This document shows, piece after piece, positions 1-8,720 of a DNA stretch of 55,105 nt (its first letter is position 1; each line of letters starts with the position of its first letter). The notes under the pieces are model-generated. The model had not been told where the DNA came from and did not search any database. It saw only the letters and a program-made list of their open reading frames with translations. Both the position numbers and the translations under genes were made by a program. Origin of the DNA: Candidatus Calditenuaceae archaeon JGI OTU-1 (GTDB taxonomy: Archaea; Thermoproteota; Nitrososphaeria_A; Caldarchaeales; Calditenuaceae); contig AWOE01000005.1 of the NCBI GenBank assembly GCA_000494145.1, positions 1,582-56,686 on the forward strand. The letters run 5' to 3'.

Positions 1-231
1 CGAGTGGAGCTTGTGGCCGTCGAGGTTGAAGCTCAGGTCCCTCAGCACGGCCCTGACGTCGATCTGGATCTCGCCCCTCGAGGCCTTCTCTATCTTCTCC
101 AGCGCGGCGTTGGCACCGTTGACGTAAGCCTGGTGATGTTTTGTGTGGTGGAGCCTCATGATCTCCTCGATGATGTAGGGCTCAAGAGCGTTGTAGGCGT
201 ATGGAAGTTGGGGAAGCTCGTACCGTTTCAC
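1..231 (-). CDS. sod: Fe/Mn superoxide dismutase, 5' part only (3' end runs off the window)
   Basis: Not in the ORF track because the window edge cuts it. Reverse-strand translation from GTG 231-229 gives [77 protein letters not shown], the canonical SOD N-terminus (LPYxYxALEP, HHxKHH). A TATA-like CTTAATTGA (260-252) lies about 20 nt upstream. Alternative in-frame starts are GTG 249 and TTG 255. Confidence 0.8.
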   Translation of the reverse strand, partial: MKRYELPQLPYAYNALEPYIIEEIMRLHHTKHHQAYVNGANAALEKIEKASRGEIQIDVRAVLRDLSFNLDGHKLHS

Positions 232-277
232 GCCAGGCCTCTCACCCACAATCAATTAAGGGTAACGTGCTTACTCG

Positions 278-1846
278 TCAGGTAGACCCGCCCTTGGACC
301 TGATCCGCTCGTACACCTCATCCGAGAGCCTCGAGAAGGGCGGAGAGGGCTCGCCTATCTTGTGTCCGGGTTCGACGAGCCTTCCCTCGATGAGCTCCTT
401 CACCGTCCACCTCTCGGGAGGCAGCCTGAAGACCTTCCTGAGCGCCTCGGAGGCCCTCGGCGTCAGCGGTTCCAGAAGCACCGAGACTCCGTAGGCCACC
501 TGCGTCGAGACGTAGAGCGTCCTCATCGCCGAGCTCCTGTCGGTCCTGATCGCCTTCCACGGCTCCCTTGCGTTCAGGTAGACGTTCCCCCTCTTTGCCA
601 GATCGAGGACCGCGTTGACCGAGCTCCGGAACCTGTTGCTCACCAGGCCGCGCTCGGACTCCTCGGCAGCCGTCCTGATCGATGCCAGCAGCTCCAGGTC
701 TTGGGAATCGAGATCTCCTGGCTCCGGAACTATTCCGTCGAAGTTCCTGTGGACGAACGTCAGGACCCTGTGGACGAAGTTGCCGATGATGTCGTTGAGC
801 TCGTCGTTGATGACGTCCCTGAAGTGGGAAGCGGTGAAGTTGGAGTCCGCAGTCTCAGGCCTTATCTTCACGAGGTAAAACCTCCAGTAGTCCGGTCCGA
901 GGATCTCGAGGGCTTCGTCGAGCCAGATGCCGACGCCTGCGCTCTTGGAGAACTTCTTCCCCTCAAATGTCAGGTACTCGGTCGCAAGAACGTTCCACGG
1001 CAGGACGAGGTCCTCGTCGTATGCCATCAGAAGCGCTGGCAAAATTATGGTGTGGAAGGGTATGTTGTCCTTGCCGATGAAGTAAACGCTCCTCGCCTCG
1101 CGGTCGTACCAGAACTCCTTCCACGCCTCCGGGTCGCCCTTCATCTCGGCCCACTCGATGCTCGCAGTGATGTACCCGAGGACCGCCTCGAACCAGACGT
1201 AGATCGTCTTCCCCTCCGCGCCGGGGAACGGGGCCGGGATGCCCCACCTGTTGTCCCTTGTGACGGACCTGGGCCGCAGACCCTCGCCGATCCACCCGAT
1301 CGAGAAGTTTCTCACGGAGTCAGGGAACCGGTCGTTGGACGCGATCCAGGCCTTTATCCTCTCCTCGAAGGCGGGGAGGTCGAAGAACCAGTGATCGGTC
1401 GACTTGGTGACGGGCTCGGCACCGCAGATCGCGCACCTCGGGCCTCTCAGGTCCAGCGGGTCGAGGACCTTGCCGCACCGCTCGCACTGGTCGCCCCTTG
1501 CCCTATCGTAACCGCAGTGGGGGCAGGTTCCGATCACGAACCGGTCGGGAAGGAAGACCCTGTCCCTCTCGCAGTAAAGCTGCTCTACGCTGCGTCTGAA
1601 GATGTAGCCCTTCCGATAGAGCTCGAGGAAGAACTTCTGGACGAACTCGATGTGCGTTCTGGAGTGGGTCCTGGTGTAGTTGTCGAAGGTGATATCGAAC
1701 CGGGCGAAGAGGTCCTTCACCAACGCGTGCATCCGGTCCGTCAGATCCTCCGGTCTCACACCCTCCTTGATCGCCTGGAGCTCGAGGGGTGTCCCGTGCT
1801 CGTCGGAGCCGCTGACGAAGAGAACTTTGTCGCCCTTCGACCTCAT
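278..1846 (-). CDS. metG: methionyl-tRNA synthetase (coordinates run from the first canonical in-frame ATG; conserved coding continues 5' to at least 1948, see findings)
   Basis: 522-aa ORF with class-I aaRS hallmarks: GSDEHGTP, zinc knuckles CPHCGYDRARGDQCERCG and CAICG, and a KFSKS (KMSKS-type) loop. The HIGH-type motif (PHLGT) is encoded in in-frame codons upstream of the ATG. Confidence 0.9.
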   Translation of the reverse strand: MRSKGDKVLFVSGSDEHGTPLELQAIKEGVRPEDLTDRMHALVKDLFARFDITFDNYTRTHSRTHIEFVQKFFLELYRKGYIFRRSVEQLYCERDRVFLPDRFVIGTCPHCGYDRARGDQCERCGKVLDPLDLRGPRCAICGAEPVTKSTDHWFFDLPAFEERIKAWIASNDRFPDSVRNFSIGWIGEGLRPRSVTRDNRWGIPAPFPGAEGKTIYVWFEAVLGYITASIEWAEMKGDPEAWKEFWYDREARSVYFIGKDNIPFHTIILPALLMAYDEDLVLPWNVLATEYLTFEGKKFSKSAGVGIWLDEALEILGPDYWRFYLVKIRPETADSNFTASHFRDVINDELNDIIGNFVHRVLTFVHRNFDGIVPEPGDLDSQDLELLASIRTAAEESERGLVSNRFRSSVNAVLDLAKRGNVYLNAREPWKAIRTDRSSAMRTLYVSTQVAYGVSVLLEPLTPRASEALRKVFRLPPERWTVKELIEGRLVEPGHKIGEPSPPFSRLSDEVYERIRSKGGST

Positions 1847-1985
1847 GTAACGGGCGAAGACGTCGGCCGATAGCTCACACCCTATCAGCGTGCCGAGGTG
1901 TGGGACCGCGTTGATGTAAGGCCACGCGCCGCAGACTATCCACTTCGCGAGGGCACCTCACCCCTGACCTTGCTCCTGTCGCCAC

Positions 1986-1992
1986 AATTTAA
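1986..1992 (-). promoter_or_regulatory. TATA-like box (TTAAATT) 24 nt upstream of GTG 1961 (metG region)
   Basis: Same box-to-start spacing as rps11 (24), sufU (23), cdvC (22), ctaB (25) and the tRNA-Ser 5' end (25). A second box TTTATTG (2018-2012) lies 24 nt upstream of TTG 1987. Confidence 0.5.
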
Positions 1993-2301
1993 CCGGACGC
2001 GTTAAGGCAGACAATAAACCTTATCTGCGTGCGTTTACTAATAGTCATGCGCATGAAGGGATCCGTCCTGCTCGGAATCGTCGTAGTCGTAGTGGTGGTG
2101 GCCGTCGAAGCGGTCCTTCTCCTGGTGATGCAGTAGGCGGCTCCAGGCGCTGAGCAAGTGCAGGAGCAGAGGGTCATCAAAATTGGAGCTATATGCGACC
2201 TGACAGGCGCAACCTCTGACGTCGGGAAGCCCTACTGCTTATGAGTTCTCGACGCGGTCGAGTGGTTCGAGAAGAATTACCCACTGCCCAAGGGATACAA
2301 G

Positions 2302-3123
2302 GTGGACCTGGCGTGGGTCGATTACAGCTACAAGATCCCGGAGGCACAGGCCGCCTACAACAGGTGCAAGGCCGAGGTCGCAAACCGGTTCGGCTTCAAC
2401 TCGATCTGGTCGGTCCCCATGCTCTACGTCAGGCTCGTCAACAGGGCTGGAGAGGTGAGGTTGCCCGACGGGATCAGGTACTGCCTCTCGGCCGGAGGCT
2501 ACCTCCCGCCCGACGTCCAGCGGGCTTTCAAGGAGTCATTCGGGGCACCTCTGGTCCAGCTTTACGGCCTGACGGAGGGGTGGGCGGTCACCGTCCAGCC
2601 TCTCGAGATGGCCGACCGGTTGGGGACGATCGGTCTGCCGCTGCCGGGGGTGGAGCACAAAATCGTCAGGGAAGACGGCACGGAGGTGAAGGAGCCCGGA
2701 GAGGTCGGCGAACTCCACGTCAAGTCTCCCTGGATCATGCTCGGCTATTCGGACCCGAGGGACACGGAGAGGGCCATCGTGGACGGCTGGCTCAAGACGG
2801 GGGACCTCGTTTCCGCTGACGAGTCGGGCCTCCTCTACTTCCGTGGAGTCAAGAAGAGGATGATCAAGTACAAGGGATATCCGATATTCCCGAGGGACCT
2901 GGAGGAGGTCCTGAAACGGCACCCGGCCGTCAAGGAGGCCCTCGTCAAGGGCGAACCTGACCCTGAGGTCGGCGAGAGGCCGGTGGGATTCGTGGTCCTG
3001 AGGGAGGGCTATGAAGGCAAGGTGAGCGAGGGGGAGCTGATGGACTTCGTCAACTCGAAGGTGGCGGGTTACAAGAAGCTGAGGGCTCTGCGGATCGTCG
3101 GGAGCCTCGAGGAATTGAAATAG
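2302..3123 (+). CDS. AMP-dependent acyl-CoA synthetase/ligase, C-terminal ~270 aa only (possible gene remnant)
   Basis: Adenylate-forming motifs A5-A10 are present: LYGLTEG, GELHVKSPWIMLGY, WLKTGD, GVKKRMIKYKGYPIFPRDLE, KVAGYKKL. There is no TSGTTGxPKG P-loop, and only about 90 aa precede YGLTE. The frame is closed 5' by TGA 2242-2244. Confidence 0.6.
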   Translation: MDLAWVDYSYKIPEAQAAYNRCKAEVANRFGFNSIWSVPMLYVRLVNRAGEVRLPDGIRYCLSAGGYLPPDVQRAFKESFGAPLVQLYGLTEGWAVTVQPLEMADRLGTIGLPLPGVEHKIVREDGTEVKEPGEVGELHVKSPWIMLGYSDPRDTERAIVDGWLKTGDLVSADESGLLYFRGVKKRMIKYKGYPIFPRDLEEVLKRHPAVKEALVKGEPDPEVGERPVGFVVLREGYEGKVSEGELMDFVNSKVAGYKKLRALRIVGSLEELK

Positions 3124-3158
3124 AAAAAGAGAGGAGTGAGGGGACCCCATCCGCCGAG

Positions 3159-3656
3159 TCAGCCGTGGCTGTGCGCGTGGTCGTGCATGCCTCCCATCTG
3201 GGAGCCTTCGGGTGCCATTACGTGGAAGTGCAGCGTCTTTCCGCTCTCGAACTTCAAATAGACGTGATAGACCGAGACCTTCTCGACGTCGCCGAAGACC
3301 ATGATGTGGTATCCCTCGCCCTCGGCGCCCCTCATCTTCACGACCGACATCGGGCCTACGCAGACCCTTTCGACCTTGACCATCCTCATCACGTTACCTT
3401 CCATGACTGTGGTGTGGAACTCCGCGCTCAGGTTCACCTTCCCTTCCATGCCCTCGCCGTGGACCTCGACGCCTATGGCGCAGTCGGGCAGCAAACCGCT
3501 GTTCCTCAGGTTCAGGAATATGCCTGCGGTCTTGGAGCCGACCCTTACGGCTACGTCCTCAACGCTGAGTTGGGACCCCACGGCGACGACTGCGCCGATG
3601 GCGGCGATCACAACAACCAGGACAGATATCAGGACGATGCGGAGAGCCTTTACCAT
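3159..3656 (-). CDS. PCu(A)C-type copper chaperone (DUF461), membrane-anchored
   Basis: 165 aa. N-terminal hydrophobic helix, then a His/Met pattern EFHTTVMEGNVMRM ... GYHIMVFG typical of PCuAC, and a C-terminal His/Met tail MGGMHDHAHSHG. Confidence 0.65.
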   Translation of the reverse strand: MVKALRIVLISVLVVVIAAIGAVVAVGSQLSVEDVAVRVGSKTAGIFLNLRNSGLLPDCAIGVEVHGEGMEGKVNLSAEFHTTVMEGNVMRMVKVERVCVGPMSVVKMRGAEGEGYHIMVFGDVEKVSVYHVYLKFESGKTLHFHVMAPEGSQMGGMHDHAHSHG

Positions 3657-3707
3657 TTCACAGAAACGTTCCCCCCGAACCTATTAAATTCGATGCGAAC
3701 AGATTCG

Positions 3708-4127
3708 TCAGACCCTCCTTCCCCTCCTCCCTCCCTTCTTCCGGACGCTGTCGTGCGGAATTGGCGTTACGTCCTCGATCCTGCCGATCAGCACGCCGGA
3801 CCTCGCGATCGTCCTGATGGCTGCCTGAGTCCCAGGTCCAGGTGTTTTGGACTTGACGCCGCCAGGAGCCCTGACCCTGATGTGGACGGCGTTGATCCCC
3901 TTGGCCTTCGCGATCTCCATCACGTAGCTTGCGACCCTCATCGCCGCGTAAGGCGAGGCCTCCATCCTCCCGCCTGTGACGAACATGCCACCGCTGGCCC
4001 TCGCTATCACCTCGCTCCCGGTGATGTCCGTGACGGTGATCAGTATGTTGTTGTAGGACGAGTAGATGTGGACGATTCCCCAGACCGTCTTCTGCCTCTG
4101 CTGTTGGGCCTCTCCCTCCGCCGACAT
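3708..4127 (-). CDS. rps11: 30S ribosomal protein S11 (uS11)
   Basis: [32 protein letters not shown] ... SPYAAM ... IRVRAPGG ... [17 protein letters not shown] ... [13 protein letters not shown] ... GGRRGRRV. I chose ATG 4127 over the ORF-track start 4199 because the TATA-like TTTATCT (4158-4152) lies 24 nt upstream of it and the resulting 139 aa fits archaeal S11 length. Confidence 0.92.
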   Translation of the reverse strand: MSAEGEAQQQRQKTVWGIVHIYSSYNNILITVTDITGSEVIARASGGMFVTGGRMEASPYAAMRVASYVMEIAKAKGINAVHIRVRAPGGVKSKTPGPGTQAAIRTIARSGVLIGRIEDVTPIPHDSVRKKGGRRGRRV

Positions 4128-4151
4128 CCGCACCCATAGTCCTCGACCTCG

Positions 4152-4158
4152 AGATAAA
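4152..4158 (-). promoter_or_regulatory. TATA-like box (TTTATCT) for leaderless rps11
   Basis: 24 nt upstream of ATG 4127. Confidence 0.55.
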
Positions 4159-4268
4159 CGTACCACCGAGAGGATGGAGAAGGGAGCCCTCGAGACCACC
4201 TCTGCGGTGAGGTGTTCAAATGCTGGGCTTCAAGGCCCTGATCGGACAGCATCGCGGCCGCCAGGAGG

Positions 4269-5192
4269 ATGGGCGGATTGAGGGTTGCACTGGTGAACTT
4301 CACCTACGGCGGAGGCAGCGGTTCAGGAAGGCACGCGCTCCTGCTGGAGAGGGGTCTGAGGGAGCTGGGCGTCGACGCGAGGGTCTTCCACTCGGGGAAC
4401 GTGCCGCACCTGCGCATCCCGAAGACGGCCTCCCTTTCGTTCGCCCTCTTCTCGTCGGCAAGGCTCAGGGAGTTCGATCTGGTACACCTCCACTCGCCGA
4501 AGCTCTTCCCAGCGTTGTTGGGTGCGGAGAGGGCCGTGGTGACGGTCCACGGGGGCGAGGCCGAGTTCAGGCAGAAGTACGGAAGGGCTACCGGGCTCCT
4601 GGACCTGGGGCTTAGGACCTTTCGGAGCAAAATCGGGGCGATCACCTCCGTGATGAAATTCGAGGCGGAGAGGAAGGGGTGGATCTGGATACCGAACATG
4701 ACCGACGTCGAGGCCATCGAACGGATCAGGCCCTCAGATGAGAAGTACGTTCTCTTCGTGGGCAGGAACGATCCTATCAAGAACTACCGCCTCTTCGTCT
4801 CGATCGTCAGGAGGCTCGGGCTGAGGTTCAGGGCCTTCGGCGTCGAGGAGGTCGTGCCCTGGGAGCAGGTCATCTCCCACATGAAGTCCGCTGTGTGCCT
4901 GATGATCACCTCGGTCTGGGAGGGGATGCCGAGCGTCATGCTCGAGGCCTGGGCATCGGGCTGCCCCATCATCGCCAACGACCTTCCGGCCTTCAGGCCC
5001 TTCAGGGACGCCATAATCCTGACCGAGCCCACGGTGGAGGGTTGGTTGAGGGCCTTCAACGAACTCGATCACAAAAGGGAGGAGGTGATCAAAAGGGGAT
5101 GGGAGCTGGTGAAGGAGTTCGATTATCGGATTGTTAGCAGAAGATATCTGGAGCTGTATGATCGGGTTATCGGGCCCTCAGGGCAGCCCTGA
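4269..5192 (+). CDS. glycosyltransferase, GT4-like (GT-B fold)
   Basis: 307 aa. N-terminus LRVALVNFTYGGGSGSGRHA, C-terminal half VGRNDPIKNY ... ITSVWEGMPSVMLEAWASGCPIIAND (EX7E-like region). TTG 4278 is an alternative start. Confidence 0.7.
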   Translation: MGGLRVALVNFTYGGGSGSGRHALLLERGLRELGVDARVFHSGNVPHLRIPKTASLSFALFSSARLREFDLVHLHSPKLFPALLGAERAVVTVHGGEAEFRQKYGRATGLLDLGLRTFRSKIGAITSVMKFEAERKGWIWIPNMTDVEAIERIRPSDEKYVLFVGRNDPIKNYRLFVSIVRRLGLRFRAFGVEEVVPWEQVISHMKSAVCLMITSVWEGMPSVMLEAWASGCPIIANDLPAFRPFRDAIILTEPTVEGWLRAFNELDHKREEVIKRGWELVKEFDYRIVSRRYLELYDRVIGPSGQP

Positions 5193-6897
5193 CTGATCTG
5201 ATGTAGACCAGTACCCCCAGCGAGATCAGCAGTGCCGCAACCGCGACGGCTCCTGCTGTTCCCACGACCTCAGGGCCGATAACGCTCTCACCGACCTGGA
5301 CGCCCCTCACGTATATCGTCAGGGTGATAGGCCCATCGATCTGCAACTCGCGCCGCTCGATGACCTGTCCCGCGAGGACTGCCTCCACGATCACAGCCCC
5401 TCTCACCGGCACGACGAAGCTCGCCTCCCCGTCAGCCATCTGGACCGGCAGCGGTTCGTTGTTCTGCCAGGCCCTGACCTGGATCCCCCTTACCTGCGAC
5501 CCCATCCAGTCCTTGTACGTCAGTGTGACCGGTATCGAGACGCCTCTCACCTGCAGGTTCGAGGGAGGCGACGAGAAGTCGATTTTCTCGGTCTGGACCG
5601 TCATGCCCCTGTAGACGACCTTGAGCTGTGAAGGGACGGGAAGCACGGCGAACCTAACGGTGCCGTCGTTGCCGGAGGTCACGGTGATCTTTCTGTCCGT
5701 TCCCGGCTCTGTCACCTCCACAGCCGCTTCCGGAAGGGGAGAACCGTCGGGCTTCAGGAGAGTTAGGGTGACCTCTCTTCGCGGGAGCTCGAGTCTGAGG
5801 TCGCTGACGGGACCGATGATGCGGACGGTCTCGTTCAGCAGAGCTTTTCCGCTAAGGATGACCCTGAACTCGATTTCGCCGACCCCTGGCAGCGTGCTGA
5901 GGGGAAGGTCCTGGAAGCTGACCCGCCCGGAATCGTCGGTCGAACCCCTCGCGATCCTTGAACCCGAAGACGAGCGAGCCTCAACGGATGCGCCCTTCAC
6001 GGGGTCGGAGCCGTCGGCGAGGATCAAGACGTCGACGTCGGCCACATTGAGGATCAAAGTTCTGTTGGAGGGCTCGAAGATCGTCAACGAGTCCGTCAGA
6101 ACGGTCACCCTTGTTCCCGCGTAGGCCTTGACGACCGTCAGGTTGTAAGGGCCGACCACCTGGGAGGTCGGGACACCACTGACGAGGGCCTCTCCTTTCG
6201 CGACGCTCATGGTGAAGAGGACACCGTCGGCCGACAGCCTGAGCTCAACCTCGCTCACCGGCTCACCCCGCATGTCGATCAACTCGAACCGCAGCTTGAC
6301 GAGGGGTGCCACGAGTTCCAGCGTCCTGTTCAGCGGATCGTGATTTACGGAGGTTTCGAGGACCGTCGCGTTCATCACCTTGGCGGTGATGGTGTAGGTT
6401 CCGACGTCTTTGAGCGTGGAGAGCGGGAGGTTGCTGAAGGAGACGGTTCCGTCCTCGGACGTCGTCGCGGAGCGTGTGACCTTTCCGGTCGATGACGTGA
6501 TCTGAACCGTTACGCCCCTGACGCCCGTTCCCTCAGCGTCGAGGATGCGGGCCTTTAGCTCGGCGACCGCAAGCCTAACGACCCTCTCGCCCTCGTGCGG
6601 CACCCTGACCGTCTCGTTAGCCACCGGGACGTTATCGACTGTAACCTGAACGTTGTACTCTCCGGGCGAGAGGCCCCTGAAGGTCGCGATGCCAGCGGTT
6701 GTGGTCCTGAACGCCCGCCTGAGCGTAGAGTTGGTGAGGACGACCTCCACGTTCCCGACCGGGTTGCCGTCGTAATCGACCACCTTCAGCTGCAGGTCGC
6801 TCGTCTCTGCGAAGGCCGTCTGGACATCGATCGTGGACAGGAGGAGCATTGTGATCAAGGCGAACGCTGCGGCCGCGGCTTCACGACGTCCGATCAT
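5167..6897 (-). CDS. secreted, C-terminally membrane-anchored surface protein with at least 5 CarboxypepD_reg/Ig-like repeats
   Basis: 576 aa. Signal peptide MIGRREAAAAAFALITMLLLSTIDVQTAFA. Repeated ~80-aa modules of the form (V/L)xDxxGxPVxxxxVxxxxxxG...T...DGxVxFxxLP. C-terminal TM helix plus basic tail. At least 7 N-x-S/T sequons (NST, NET, NAT, NRT, NLT, NRT, NET). Confidence 0.7.
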   Translation of the reverse strand: MIGRREAAAAAFALITMLLLSTIDVQTAFAETSDLQLKVVDYDGNPVGNVEVVLTNSTLRRAFRTTTAGIATFRGLSPGEYNVQVTVDNVPVANETVRVPHEGERVVRLAVAELKARILDAEGTGVRGVTVQITSSTGKVTRSATTSEDGTVSFSNLPLSTLKDVGTYTITAKVMNATVLETSVNHDPLNRTLELVAPLVKLRFELIDMRGEPVSEVELRLSADGVLFTMSVAKGEALVSGVPTSQVVGPYNLTVVKAYAGTRVTVLTDSLTIFEPSNRTLILNVADVDVLILADGSDPVKGASVEARSSSGSRIARGSTDDSGRVSFQDLPLSTLPGVGEIEFRVILSGKALLNETVRIIGPVSDLRLELPRREVTLTLLKPDGSPLPEAAVEVTEPGTDRKITVTSGNDGTVRFAVLPVPSQLKVVYRGMTVQTEKIDFSSPPSNLQVRGVSIPVTLTYKDWMGSQVRGIQVRAWQNNEPLPVQMADGEASFVVPVRGAVIVEAVLAGQVIERRELQIDGPITLTIYVRGVQVGESVIGPEVVGTAGAVAVAALLISLGVLVYIRSVRAALRAR

Positions 6898-6903
6898 CAG
6901 ACA

Positions 6904-7368
6904 TCACCACCTGCTGATGTTCGGCTTCTGCCCCTCCTTGGCCCTGGACCTGGCCTGGCTCTCGAGGAACTTGTGCGCGACCTTCAGGACCGATCGGGCC
7001 GTGTCGTAGGTCAAGTGCTCCAGCGCGTCCTCGTACTTCAGCCAAGCGTAAGCCTTGTGCTCGTGGCTGAGGGTCACCTTGAAGGTCGACGTCCTGCCGA
7101 GGTAGAAGACGACGGTCTTGTTGATCTCGCCCTCCGAGCTCCTGAACTGGTAAGAAATGGTCTGTTGGAAGCCCTCGATCAGCTTCAGGTCGGTTATCCC
7201 GGTCTCCTCCCTCACCTCCCTGATCACGGCGTCGATCTCGCTCTCGCCCTCCTCTATACCTCCCTTCGGGAAGTCCCAGTGCCCCGCGTCGTAGAGCAGC
7301 AAAAGGTAGTACCGATCGCCGAGCGTCTCGTTGAATATCACGGCACCTGCTGACTTCTTCTCGATCAA
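6904..7368 (-). CDS. NUDIX hydrolase
   Basis: 154 aa with the Nudix box GGIEEGESEIDAVIREVREETGI (GX5EX7REUXEEXGU). Confidence 0.85.
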   Translation of the reverse strand: MIEKKSAGAVIFNETLGDRYYLLLLYDAGHWDFPKGGIEEGESEIDAVIREVREETGITDLKLIEGFQQTISYQFRSSEGEINKTVVFYLGRTSTFKVTLSHEHKAYAWLKYEDALEHLTYDTARSVLKVAHKFLESQARSRAKEGQKPNISRW

Positions 7369-7427
7369 AGCCGCTCCACCAGTCAGGGATCCGACTTGCT
7401 TTTAGGTTATAGCGAGAGGGAAGGTCA

Positions 7428-8186
7428 TCAGGGGATCATCAGCGTCCCTCCGTCGACGACGATCACCTGCCCGTTGACGAAGCTGAAGAGGTCCGAGATC
7501 AGGGCGAGGACGACCCCAGCCACCTCGGCCGGCTCCCCCCACCTGCCCATCGGAGACTCCTCGGCGAGGGTCCTCCTCTCCTCATCGGTCATCGAGTCGT
7601 AGGTGGCACTGGTCCTTATGTTCCCGAGGGCGATGGCGTATGCCCTTATCCCCAAACTCCTGTAATCGGCGGCGATCGACCTGACTAAGCCGACTACAGC
7701 GAGCTTCGCCATCGAGTAAGCCGACCCGTATCGGTACCAAGAGATCGCAGGGGTCGAGGTCGTGAGGACGACGACGCCGCCGCGCAGCAACTCGAGGAGC
7801 GAGCTCACGAGGCGGAAGTTGGCGAAGAAATCGACGTCGAAGACCTTCCTCAGCTCCTCCTCCCTGAGGTCCTTCAGGCTCCTGTACCAGAGTTCGGGGT
7901 CGAAGGGATAACCGATGTAGCTGACCAGCGCGTCGATACGTCCGAACCTCTTCACGGCCTCCTCCCTCAGCCTCTCGGCAGACCCCTCAGCGGTCAAATC
8001 TAGTGGCAGAGCTGTCGAGTCCACGCCGTACCCTTTGCATTCAGAAGCCAAGGCCTCGAGGAGCTCCCTCCGCCTCGCGACGAGGAGAAGGTCAGCCCCC
8101 TCCCTCGCGAGAAGCCTCGCTGTCTCGGCACCTATCTCCGAGGTGGCACCTGCGATAAGGACCCGCTTCCCCTCAACTATCCCCAT
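7428..8186 (-). CDS. short-chain dehydrogenase/reductase (SDR)
   Basis: 252 aa. Cofactor-binding motif at the N-terminus (AGATSEIG), catalytic YSMAK (YxxxK), and the typical C-terminal GQVIVVDGG. Confidence 0.85.
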   Translation of the reverse strand: MGIVEGKRVLIAGATSEIGAETARLLAREGADLLLVARRRELLEALASECKGYGVDSTALPLDLTAEGSAERLREEAVKRFGRIDALVSYIGYPFDPELWYRSLKDLREEELRKVFDVDFFANFRLVSSLLELLRGGVVVLTTSTPAISWYRYGSAYSMAKLAVVGLVRSIAADYRSLGIRAYAIALGNIRTSATYDSMTDEERRTLAEESPMGRWGEPAEVAGVVLALISDLFSFVNGQVIVVDGGTLMIP

Positions 8187-8607
8187 CTCCGACCTCCTCC
8201 GCCCTGACGGTGATCCCCTCCCTCACATCGACCACCTCCTTCACGACCCATCCCCTGCCGAGGAACCGGACCGCGATCATGGGCCTAGGTCTGATCTCAT
8301 GGCCGCAGGAGGGGCACCGGACGACGAAGAGCCGGGTGAAGGCGAGGAGCCGCTCGAGCTGTTCGCGGGGAACGTAGACCTCCTTCTTGTTCGTCGACTT
8401 GACCTCTATCGCGCAGAGCTCGCCGTTGTCTACTGCCAAGACGTCGGGCTTCACGGTCATCTTCCCCGTACCGCTCCCCGGTGTCCTGACGGCATAGTAG
8501 CCTGGCCTCTTCAGGTCGTTGAGCTTCCTGATGAGGTAGTACTCGCCCTCGTACCCGATCCTATGCCTGTAGCGCCTGCTGAAGAGGTCCCTCGGACGCC
8601 TCGGCAC
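8173..8607 (-). CDS. hjc: Holliday junction resolvase Hjc-type nuclease
   Basis: 144 aa. GYEGEYYLIRKL ... KPDVLAV ... LCAIEVKST gives the E...PD...ExK archaeal Hjc signature. Overlaps the downstream SDR gene by 14 nt. Confidence 0.7.
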   Translation of the reverse strand: MPRRPRDLFSRRYRHRIGYEGEYYLIRKLNDLKRPGYYAVRTPGSGTGKMTVKPDVLAVDNGELCAIEVKSTNKKEVYVPREQLERLLAFTRLFVVRCPSCGHEIRPRPMIAVRFLGRGWVVKEVVDVREGITVRAEEVGDGDS

Positions 8608-8720
8608 GTAACCGGACGTCCTCGCCCCCGTGAAAACGTTGTCCTGGCTCAGGGCCTAAGAGGAGCCGCCAGATCTACGGGAGGCCTCGGGGTTGCGCTT
8701 TTACGGAGGCCCACGCTCCC

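Noticed and set aside
362-1873. 503-aa plus-strand ORF covering the whole MetRS locus
   Set aside because: It is antisense to a gene with unmistakable MetRS motifs. Its translation is Arg/Pro/Gly/Val-rich low-complexity sequence, typical of shadow ORFs in high-GC DNA.
3708-4199. 163-aa form of S11 starting at 4199
   Set aside because: The extra 24 residues are not S11-like. ATG 4127 has the standard 24-nt TATA-like box spacing and gives the expected ~139 aa.
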